Shown here in pieces: positions 54,682-64,000 of a stretch of DNA of 64,000 bases. Below the pieces are notes generated by a model that had not been told where the DNA came from, made no database searches, and saw nothing but the letters and a program-made list of their open reading frames with translations. Origin of the DNA: Vicinamibacterales bacterium (GTDB taxonomy: Bacteria; Acidobacteriota; Vicinamibacteria; Vicinamibacterales; SCN-69-37); contig DASZOV010000124.1 of NCBI GenBank assembly GCA_035550595.1, forward strand, positions 11,135 to 75,134. Direction: 5' to 3'. The position numbers and the translations under genes are program-made. Every line of letters begins with the position of its first letter. Position 1 is the first letter of the stretch.

Positions 54682-56376
54682 CTAGGCCGCCTGTCCACGC
54701 TTCGCGCGGATCTTCGCCATGGCGCTCGCTTCGATCTGGCGGACGCGCTCGCGGCTCAGCATCAACCGCCGCCCTACCTCACCCAGCGTGTGCTCGTGAT
54801 CGGTCGCGAGGCCGAACCGCAGGCGCAGGACTTCGCGCTCGCGATCGGTCAGTCCTGCCATCGCGCGCTCGACTTCACCGGCGAGCTCGCTCGCCATCAC
54901 CGGACTCTCGGGCGACTCGGCCGTCGCGTCCGGCAACAGCTCGCCGAGCTCCGTCTGCTCGTCGCCGCCGACCGGCGTGTGCAGCGAGGCCGGCTGTCGC
55001 GCGGCTTCGAGGAGCAGCAGGACCTTGTCGACCGGCACCTTCATCTGCGCCGCCAGTTCCTGCGGCTGCGGATCGCGGCCGAGCGACGCCGCGAGCGATC
55101 GCCGCTCGCGATTGAGCCGGCCGAGCGACTCGATGACGTGGACCGGCAGACGAATCGTCCGACCGTAATCCGCAATCGCGCGCGTCATGCTCTGACGCAC
55201 CCACCAGGTGGCGTACGTCGAGAACTTGAATCCGCGGCGATATTGAAACCGATCGACGGCCTTCATGAGCCCGATATTGCCTTCTTGGATCAGGTCGAGC
55301 ATCGAGAGACCGCGATTGAGGTGCTTGCGCGCGATCGACACGACCAGCCGCAGATTCGCTTCCACGAACTGGCGCTTCAGATCGAGCAGCGTCTCGTGGC
55401 GCTCGTGCACACGCGCGACGATCTGCTGGAACACGCGAGGCACGAGGCCGCTCTTCTTCGTGACGTCGTGGAGGACGCTCGCCCGATCCGGGCCGGCCGG
55501 TTGATGCCGCGCCTCGGCAATGCGCGCGTCGGCGCGCGTGAGTTCGCCGACCAGCTCGTCGATGACCGACGGACGAATCGGCAGTTTGCCAAGTGCGGTC
55601 GCGATCTTCGCGGTCAGCACGCCAATCGGATCGTCGTCTTTTTCCTTCGCGCGGCGTCGCGCAGGCCGGCGCGATCGCGCGCGGGCTTCAGCGCAAAGCG
55701 CGCAGATCTCACGATGCCAGCGTTCAATCCGACCGAACGCGTTCAGGACGGGCGTCACCTGTGCCGGCGTCAGTTCGCCGCCCTCGGGCAGCAGGATGAG
55801 CGAGGCGGCCGGTGCGGTGCCGCGACGCACTTCGTCGGCGAGTTTGAGGAGCGTCATCCGCGCGCACGGCAATTCGCCGAGCAGCCGCAGCAGATCGGCG
55901 CGCGTTTCCTCCATGCGGCGCCCGAGCGATTGCTCTTGTTCTTTCGTCAAGAGTGGCCGGCGGCCGAGCTGCTGGAGATACACGCGCACGAGATCGGCGT
56001 CGGCCGCGCCCGTTCCTTCGACCGCCTCCTCGCTCTCCGCCTCGTCTTCGTCTTCAGATCCGCGCGCGTCCTCATCATCGGCGTCGACCGCCTGCGCCTC
56101 GAAGGCTTCGGGCTCATCTTCACGAATGAACTGATCGGGCGATCGCAGGACTTCGTCCGACTCCGCGCCGGAGTCCTCGAGCGGGCCGAGGCCGAACTCC
56201 TTCGCACGGCCGCGCCAATCGAGAATCTGCGCGTTCGGCTCCGGCTCTTCCCAGTCGATCAGGGTCTCGCCCGACGTCTGACGTCCACGCGTGGGCGGAC
56301 CGCCCCGCCGGCGTGCCGGCGCCGCGGCCGGCCGGGGACGCGTGCGTGCTCTCGACTTGCGGGGTGCTGCGCTCAT
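54682..56376 (-). CDS. rpoD: Primary-type RNA polymerase sigma-70 factor
   Basis: Acidic region 1.1. Region 2 [42 protein letters not shown]. Region 4 [17 protein letters not shown]. Start set at MSAAPRKS. Confidence 0.88.
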   Translation of the reverse strand: MSAAPRKSRARTRPRPAAAPARRRGGPPTRGRQTSGETLIDWEEPEPNAQILDWRGRAKEFGLGPLEDSGAESDEVLRSPDQFIREDEPEAFEAQAVDADDEDARGSEDEDEAESEEAVEGTGAADADLVRVYLQQLGRRPLLTKEQEQSLGRRMEETRADLLRLLGELPCARMTLLKLADEVRRGTAPAASLILLPEGGELTPAQVTPVLNAFGRIERWHREICALCAEARARSRRPARRRAKEKDDDPIGVLTAKIATALGKLPIRPSVIDELVGELTRADARIAEARHQPAGPDRASVLHDVTKKSGLVPRVFQQIVARVHERHETLLDLKRQFVEANLRLVVSIARKHLNRGLSMLDLIQEGNIGLMKAVDRFQYRRGFKFSTYATWWVRQSMTRAIADYGRTIRLPVHVIESLGRLNRERRSLAASLGRDPQPQELAAQMKVPVDKVLLLLEAARQPASLHTPVGGDEQTELGELLPDATAESPESPVMASELAGEVERAMAGLTDREREVLRLRFGLATDHEHTLGEVGRRLMLSRERVRQIEASAMAKIRAKRGQAA

Positions 56377-56453
56377 GACCGTCACTCTCTTTCGCCCCGG
56401 CAACAGGCCGAGGTGCCCTTTGGGCCATTGTGACATCGACGTGTCGCCACGCG

Positions 56454-57839
56454 TCAGGGTCTGGCGCCAGCGAGGACGACGAGCTCTGCCGCGGCCCGCC
56501 GGCCGCTCTCGACAGCGCCGCTCAGATAGCCCTGCCAGCGCGCGCTCGTGTGCTCACCGGCGAACAGGATGCGCCCGAACGGTCGTCCCAGGTGCGCCCG
56601 CCACTCGGGCTCGAAGCCCGGATGGAAATACGCGTAGCCGCCCTTGGCCCACGGGTCGTCCTCCCACCGGACGACGCGCGTCGCCAGCAATCGAGACGGA
56701 GCGCCCAACCAACGAAGACTTCTGACAACGGCCTGCGGTCCGCCAGCGGCCAGCATCGTCTGGATTTCTTCTGACGCGTGCCCGCCGGCGAGCAGGCTGA
56801 GTATGCCCGGCCCACGCTGCTCTTCGTTGCCCTCCCAGACCGCACCGTGCGGGCGATCGGATCCGAACGCCCGCGCCCGTCCGATGCGCCGCCAGAACCG
56901 GCGGTCGAACTGCAGCAGCACACGCGTCGCCGGACCGTAGCGCAGCGTCCGAATGGCGCGCTGCTGCGCGGCGGGCAATACCGGCTGAAAGCGGACATCG
57001 GCGAGCGTCGACGTGGGCATCGCAGCGATGACGAAGTCGCCACGCCAGATCGCGCGCCCGCTCGGTCCGTCGATTGTCGCGGCCACGCGCCTTCGCGTCT
57101 GGACGACTTGTCGCAGCACGGAGCCGAGACGCGGCCGCGTGCGAAGTGATGCTGCCAGCTTCATCGCCAACTGGTCGTTGCCACCTCTGACGCGGGACGC
57201 GCCGCCAGCGGCGCCGGCTGCCCCATCGGCGAGAAAATCGACGAGCGCGAGAAGGGACAGATCTTCAGGATCGGCGAGGAACAGCCCGCGTAGGCCGCGG
57301 AAACGCTCGAGGACATCGCGACCGGCTCGACGCCGCGTCAGCCAGTCGGCGACCGACTCGCGGCCGAGCGCGCGTGCGATCGTGCTGTCCCAGTTGCGCT
57401 CGGCGAGTTGATAGGCCTCGACGAGGGGCGCAAGGAGCGACCCGATCTCGCCGAACGTACGGTCGAGCGACTGAATGGCGAGGCGGCCGTCAGCGCGTGG
57501 ACCGTAGTAGTCGAATCCTCCACGGAGAATCGGCACGAGCCGAAGGCCCAGGTCACGCGCCAGCGCGACCACCGGTGCCTGCTCGCGCTCGATGATGTCC
57601 GCGCCGCCTTCGGCGTGCTGGCCATCGGCGAAGCCCCTGCGGATGGTCCACAGCCGGCCGCCAACGCGATCGCGCGCCTCGATCAGCGTGACGATGGCGC
57701 CGTCGCGCTCGAGGTCTCGGGCCGCGGAAAGCCCGGCGAGGCCGGCGCCGGCTATGAGGACGCGCCGTCCGCGCAGCCGGCCAGAAGACGCTTGGACAGA
57801 TGACGAGGGCACGAGGACTCTCTCGTCAGAGTAGTGCAA
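56454..57839 (-). CDS. FAD-dependent amine oxidase family protein
   Basis: [17 protein letters not shown]...[13 protein letters not shown] dinucleotide-binding motif, C-terminal FAGEHTS. Confidence 0.85.
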   Translation of the reverse strand: MHYSDERVLVPSSSVQASSGRLRGRRVLIAGAGLAGLSAARDLERDGAIVTLIEARDRVGGRLWTIRRGFADGQHAEGGADIIEREQAPVVALARDLGLRLVPILRGGFDYYGPRADGRLAIQSLDRTFGEIGSLLAPLVEAYQLAERNWDSTIARALGRESVADWLTRRRAGRDVLERFRGLRGLFLADPEDLSLLALVDFLADGAAGAAGGASRVRGGNDQLAMKLAASLRTRPRLGSVLRQVVQTRRRVAATIDGPSGRAIWRGDFVIAAMPTSTLADVRFQPVLPAAQQRAIRTLRYGPATRVLLQFDRRFWRRIGRARAFGSDRPHGAVWEGNEEQRGPGILSLLAGGHASEEIQTMLAAGGPQAVVRSLRWLGAPSRLLATRVVRWEDDPWAKGGYAYFHPGFEPEWRAHLGRPFGRILFAGEHTSARWQGYLSGAVESGRRAAAELVVLAGARP

Positions 57840-57866
57840 GGCGAGAGGCCGCGCCGGCTTCGAACA

Positions 57867-57891
57867 TCACGCGAAGCCGCGAAGTCGCGAA
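57867..57891 (-). repeat. Inverted copy of the TTCGCG module of the composite repeat
   Basis: tcacgcgaagccgcgaagtcgcgaa is the reverse complement of 58825-58850 apart from a 1-nt indel. Confidence 0.85.
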
Positions 57892-57910
57892 AACTGGGAG
57901 GAGCACTCAC

Positions 57911-57957
57911 GAACTTGGAACCCACTTCTGGCTTCTGGCTTCGAACTTCCAACTTGA
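57911..57957 (+). repeat. TTCTGGC/TTCGAAC short-repeat block (partner at 62181-62214, inverted)
   Basis: The core ttctggcttctggcttcgaacttc at 57926-57949 is identical to the reverse complement of 62191-62214. Confidence 0.9.
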
Positions 57958-57968
57958 CGCGTATGGCG

Positions 57969-58612
57969 TCACAGCCCTGTGACGGTGATTTCGGCCACGA
58001 CCGTCTCGCCGCTGACCTTGTCGGTCGCGACATTGATCTGCTGGCGTACGCCGTCTTTCGCCACGACGTTCGTCGTGATGCGGTAGGAGCGGAAGACGGG
58101 CGCGGTGACGCCAGCCGTCGGATCTTGCGTCCCGTTGGCGTCGGCGACCGACGAGTCGTCGAGGATGAACCGCACGTGGTAGTGGCCATCGGCCGCTGCG
58201 GCGACGTAACAGTCGATGTTCGTGCCGACGTTCTGATAGTTGACCGTCGTGATCGGGGTGGCCGCGTTCGGTCCCATCTGGCCGACCATCGGCACGGGAA
58301 CATTCGATCCGAGCCGCAGACTCAGGCCGTTCATGCCCATGCCATCGCCGGTCTCGCCGACCAGCGTGTACGGCAGGCTGCTGACGATCTGATCGCCTTT
58401 CTTGCGTTGGATCAGAACATCGACCCGTACCGGTCGCGCTTCGATCGGCGCCGAGGTGCGCGTCGTCTTCGCGGGCGCAGGCGCCACGGCGGGCTGAGGC
58501 GCCGCGGCCGGCTTGGGCGTCGACGCGGCGTCCCCTTGCCGCGCGATTGCGACGATCGAATCCGCGCCGGCCAGCAGCGCACACGTCAGGATCAGGACAG
58601 AGAACCGGCGCA
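57969..58612 (-). CDS. Secreted hypothetical protein with Pro/Ala-rich linker
   Basis: Start at MRRFSVLILTCALLAGA. 213 aa. No family recognised. Confidence 0.55.
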
Positions 58613-58630
58613 TATGAGGACCTCCTAGAC

Positions 58631-58853
58631 GAGTCATCTTCTTTGCAGTGACGTGGTGCCATCTTTTCTATTTGCTCGCGGGCCCCACCCCCGCTCGCCC
58701 GCTCAGCGCCCCTCCCTTCGTCGCGGGCTTCGTGGACTTCTCTTGATCGCTCGCCGCGCTCGCTACGCTCCGGGGCTCGCGGTGTCATCTTTTCCTAACT
58801 GGTGGCATCACCGATCTCCGTCCTTCGCGATCTTCGCGGCTTCGCGTGAGGCC
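58631..58853 (+). repeat. Composite intergenic repeat, copy C
   Basis: GTCATCTTC boxes at 58633 and 58784. Hairpin 58678-58694. Module tccttcgcgatcttcgcggcttcgcgtgagg at 58821-58851, abutting the stop codon at 58854. Confidence 0.85.
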
Positions 58854-59465
58854 TCAGTTCGCGAGTGGCTCGACACTGAGCGCCGGCACGCGAAGGGGAT
58901 CGGGGGCTTGAAGCGGCGTGGCCTCCGGCTGGACTCCTGCGGCCCAGTCGGCCAGTGGCGGGCCGATACGCACGCGCCCGCTGGCCGCGGCACTGGCCAG
59001 TTGCCGCACGCCCTCGAGCTGGCCGCGCGGCACGACCACGGGCACCGCCGCGAACGCCTGAGACTCGTTCCGGAACGCTCGCGGACTTCCACGCCGTCCT
59101 TCATCCCGCATGCGACTCTCGCGCGTTCGAGCCACAACCGCGGTGGCCGATCGCTCCGCCGCCAAATCCTCAGTCGTCGGCGCCACAGGGTGCGGCGGCG
59201 CCGATTGCGGCACCACCTCCGCATGGGACGACACGGCCCGCGGTTGCACATCGCTCGGCCGGTGTGCCGCCCAGACGACGACCAGCGCAATGGCCGCAGC
59301 CGGGACGATGATGGCCATCGCGTATCGCCGCGTCCGGCGCCGCGCGCCACGATCGGCGTCGATGCGCTGCCGCGCCTGCGCGCCGAAGCCCGGCGACGGC
59401 TCGACGTCGAGCGCATCGGCCAGCGCGCGTAGCGGGTCGTCAGCGTCCATCCGCTCGTCCCTCAT
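58854..59465 (-). CDS. Putative anti-sigma factor (single TM)
   Basis: ATGA overlap with the ECF sigma stop. Short cytoplasmic N-terminus, TM segment AMAIIVPAAAIALVVVWAA, then an extracytoplasmic tail. Confidence 0.6.
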   Translation of the reverse strand: MRDERMDADDPLRALADALDVEPSPGFGAQARQRIDADRGARRRTRRYAMAIIVPAAAIALVVVWAAHRPSDVQPRAVSSHAEVVPQSAPPHPVAPTTEDLAAERSATAVVARTRESRMRDEGRRGSPRAFRNESQAFAAVPVVVPRGQLEGVRQLASAAASGRVRIGPPLADWAAGVQPEATPLQAPDPLRVPALSVEPLAN

Positions 59466-60001
59466 CGCAATTGCTCCTGCAGCCGTCGTCGCGCCTCGAA
59501 CAAGCGCGACTTGACCGTTCCTTCGGCGACGCCGGCGAGCGCGGCGACTTCGCGCGTCGTGTGACCGTCGATGGCGGCCAGCACGAGGACCAGCCGCAGG
59601 CGTTCGGGCAACGCGTCGATCGCCTGCCAGAGCCTCGCCGCCCGTTCGCGCGCGGCGACGTCGACCTCCGCGTTGCCGTGCTGCGGCGCCAGACGCGCCA
59701 CGGCATCCTCCCGCGTCCCACGGCGGCGTCCACTGCGCTGCCAATCGATCGCCATCCGCCAGGTCAGACGCACGAGCCAGGCGCGGAACCGGTCGCGATC
59801 GCGCAGCGCGCCAAGCCGTCGCGACGCCCGGACGAACGCCTCCTGCGCCACGTCCTCGGCATCGGCGTGGTTGCGCAGCACGCTGAACGCGACGCGCACG
59901 GCCAGCGCGGACGATTCGGCCAGCCGGTCATCGAGGTCGCGGACGCGATCCTCCGCGCTCACCACGCGCCCCGCCGGCCACGGTCGCACGATCGCATTCA
60001 T
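59462..60001 (-). CDS. ECF-type RNA polymerase sigma-70 factor
   Basis: Region 2 DAEDVAQEAFVRA...FRAWLVRLTWRMAIDW. Region 4 TTREVAALAGVAEGTVKSRLFEARRRL. Confidence 0.88.
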   Translation of the reverse strand: MNAIVRPWPAGRVVSAEDRVRDLDDRLAESSALAVRVAFSVLRNHADAEDVAQEAFVRASRRLGALRDRDRFRAWLVRLTWRMAIDWQRSGRRRGTREDAVARLAPQHGNAEVDVAARERAARLWQAIDALPERLRLVLVLAAIDGHTTREVAALAGVAEGTVKSRLFEARRRLQEQLR

Positions 60002-60117
60002 CTCGACTCACCCACAAGACGCCGCGGCCGGCCTCGAGGTTCGCGAGCGACACGACCCATGCCCCCGCGCGAGGCCACCGAGTGTCGTAAGTGGATTACG
60101 GCTGCAGTAAGTCATGA

Positions 60118-62132
<2,015 letters not shown>

Positions 62133-62136
<4 letters not shown>

Positions 62137-62191
62137 CTTGACGCCGGGCGAGGGACAGGCGCTCGCGCCGCCCTCGCCCTCTTCAAGTCAG
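62133..62191 (+). terminator. Long two-tier hairpin starting at the CRTAC1-like stop codon
   Basis: Outer stem ctgacttga/tcaagtcag and inner stem gggcgaggg/ccctcgccc. No clear U-tract. Confidence 0.45.
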
Positions 62192-62214
62192 AAGTTCGAA
62201 GCCAGAAGCCAGAA
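62181..62214 (-). repeat. TTCTGGC/TTCGAAC short-repeat block, inverted partner of 57911-57957
   Basis: cttcaagtcagaagttcgaagccagaagccagaa. Confidence 0.9.
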
Positions 62215-62226
62215 AGGCGCCCCGTC

Positions 62227-63401
62227 CTACGGGCGATAGCCGACTTTCGCGTATTCCGGCGCGTGGGGGACGAAGTTGTCGTCGAACTGCGGGTCCGGCG
62301 GGTCGAACGTGTTCTGCGTGCGGTCGATCGTTCCGCGCAGGTCGTTCACCTGTCCGTGGATGAACGTGCCGCGCACGCCCGACGCGTCGCCGATGTCCAG
62401 CTCGTAGCGCGCCCCGGGTGAGATCCCGCCGGCCAGCGTGTCGTTCCAGAAGATCGAGTCCACGTACGTGCTGTTGACCGACTCGTCGTCGGCGCCGGCC
62501 CAGTTGCCGGTGAACGTGCAGCGGTTGACGTCGACGCGCGATCCGGAAAAGACCGTGAGCGCACCCGATCCGTGCTCCGGATGATATTCGCCGCCAGTCA
62601 GCAGCCCGACGTAGTCGACGCCCATGTTCGCGACGTTGCCGACGAACAGACAGTTCTCGACGATCGCGCGACTGCCGCGCAGCAGATCGAGCGCCGCGCC
62701 GGTCGTCTGCGTCCGGTTGTTGCGGAAGATGCAGTGGCGGAAGAGCACGGCGTCCTGGATCTGGCCGAGGTGTTCGACCGACGCGCCCGCGCCGCATGGG
62801 CTCGTGTAGTTGTCGACGATGGCGACGTTCTCGATCGTCGGATAGGACCGCGCGTAAATCTTGATGCCGCCGCCATCGGTGTAGAAATACGCCGTCTTCC
62901 TGATGTCGTCGGATTCAATGGGCGACCGGCCACCGGATCCCGTCGTGAAGTTGTTCGCGCCGGTCACGGTGAAGCCGCGCAAGATCGTTCGACGGGAAAT
63001 GCCGTCTCCGAAATACACGACGTGGTTGACGACGGCGGGATGGCTGGGCGCGTGAGGATCGGCGAGCGCGGGATTGGCGGCGGTGAGCGTCACGTCACCT
63101 ACCGCTTCGAGCGTGATGCCGTCGTGCCGCGCGTTGAACCAGATGAACGCTTGCCCCTTCGCGTCGGGACGATACACGCCGGCGTGGACGCGCACCGTCT
63201 TGTGCTGACTGTCACGCGCAGCGGCATCGAGCGCGTCTTGAATCCGGCCGCCGGGATAGACGTCGTAGCTGCCCGTTTTCGCGTCGAGCGCCACCTCGGT
63301 TGCACCGCTCTTCTGAGGCGTCGCGCCCCACGTCCGAGCCGGCAACGCGCAACCGGCGGCGAGCAGTCCAAGGAACGTGCGGCGAGAGGGCGCGTCGATC
63401 A
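62227..63401 (-). CDS. Tat-exported right-handed parallel beta-helix repeat protein (pectate-lyase fold)
   Basis: Start at MIDAPSRRTFLGLLAAGCAL (canonical SRRxFLG twin-arginine motif). Repeated N-x-hydrophobic beta-helix turns (IENVAIVDN, FRHCIFRNN, VENCLFVGN, VNRCTFTGN). Confidence 0.8.
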
Positions 63402-63464
63402 TGAGGAGGCGCCAGCGAAGAGGGCGCGCCGCCAATCTAGCACAGGGGACGAATGATCCAGGGC

Positions 63465-64000
63465 TCAGGCCGTCAGCAGCAGGCTCCGGCCGAGCACGCC
63501 GGTGATCTGATCCTGAGCGGCGAGCGCCGCCAGACGCGCGGGTGCCGGCAGCGCGTGCGTGCGGTCGGCCTCGTCCCAGGCGAGATCCCTCGCCGCACGG
63601 ACGTTCCAAATGGCGAGCAGGCGGCCAATCCGCCCCGTATCCTGTGCGATCTGGCCGAGCACGCCGACCGCCAGGAATTGCAGCGCCTCGGGCAGCACGG
63701 TCTCGAGGATGTCGTTGACGCGCTCGAAGTCGTCGCGTTCGGGGCCCCCGCGGGCCGGCCACTGGCCAAGCGATTGGTTCGCCGTGATGAGCGCGAGCGG
63801 CAGGTCGTAGTTGATGTGCGCGTTCATGCCCGCCAGCGCGAACTGCACGCGCTCGATCTTCGGCGCGAAGCGGTTCTCGAAGAGCGCCGTCCATGACCGC
63901 GGCACGTCCCCCGCACCAGCGAGCCAGCGCGACAGCGCATCGAAGTAGCGCGCCGCGAAGACGACATCGAGGTACATGAGCCACGCCGCATCGCGCCAGC
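63465..64000 (-). CDS. DUF5995-like protein, C-terminal part; the reading frame stays open to the window end
   Basis: FAARYFDA...GMNAHINYDLPLAL motif. The frame is open upstream of the listed ATG at 63977, so the gene is probably truncated by the window. Confidence 0.6.
   Translation of the reverse strand, partial: WRDAAWLMYLDVVFAARYFDALSRWLAGAGDVPRSWTALFENRFAPKIERVQFALAGMNAHINYDLPLALITANQSLGQWPARGGPERDDFERVNDILETVLPEALQFLAVGVLGQIAQDTGRIGRLLAIWNVRAARDLAWDEADRTHALPAPARLAALAAQDQITGVLGRSLLLTA

Overview
The window is very GC-rich chromosomal DNA (I did not compute a value), densely packed with about 50 genes. I saw no rRNA, tRNA, CRISPR array, transposase, integrase or phage genes. Three large ADOP-type duplicated FtsX-like permeases suggest an Acidobacteriota-like organism; this is an inference, not a search result. 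Recognisable content, in order:
- Metal ABC transporter (ATPase and permease), then an ArsR-SulP pair.
- Enolase-superfamily sugar-acid dehydratase and a ClC channel.
- An eight-gene minus-strand cluster in which a PQQ alcohol-dehydrogenase module (XoxF-like, MoxJ-like, cytochrome c) sits between cytochrome c oxidase subunits I/III and subunit II.
- PAS hybrid histidine kinase and a PabB-PabC fusion.
- Cobalamin riboswitch plus metE.
- Cobalamin riboswitch plus nrdAB, whose small subunit has the class Ic (Chlamydia-type) signature.
- panE, an RNA methyltransferase, and a Gly-Gly-terminated MoaD-like protein coupled to a BNR propeller.
- UxaA-family dehydratase, aldo/keto reductase, nagA and rpoD.
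- Amine oxidase, an ECF sigma/anti-sigma pair, a CRTAC1-like FG-GAP protein and a Tat-exported beta-helix protein.

The least explained signal is in the intergenic DNA:
- A composite repeat of about 220-290 bp occurs three times plus a fragment. It is built from GTCATCTTCTTTGCA boxes, a GC hairpin that keeps pairing through compensatory changes, a UUCG hairpin and a TTCGCG module.
- A second family consists of 7-8 nt tandem arrays all containing TTC (TTCGAAC, TTCCGGG, TTCTGGC), several of them in inverted pairs.

No obvious defence or mobile island is present. Every call rests on reading the ORF track and sequence motifs by eye, with no database search.
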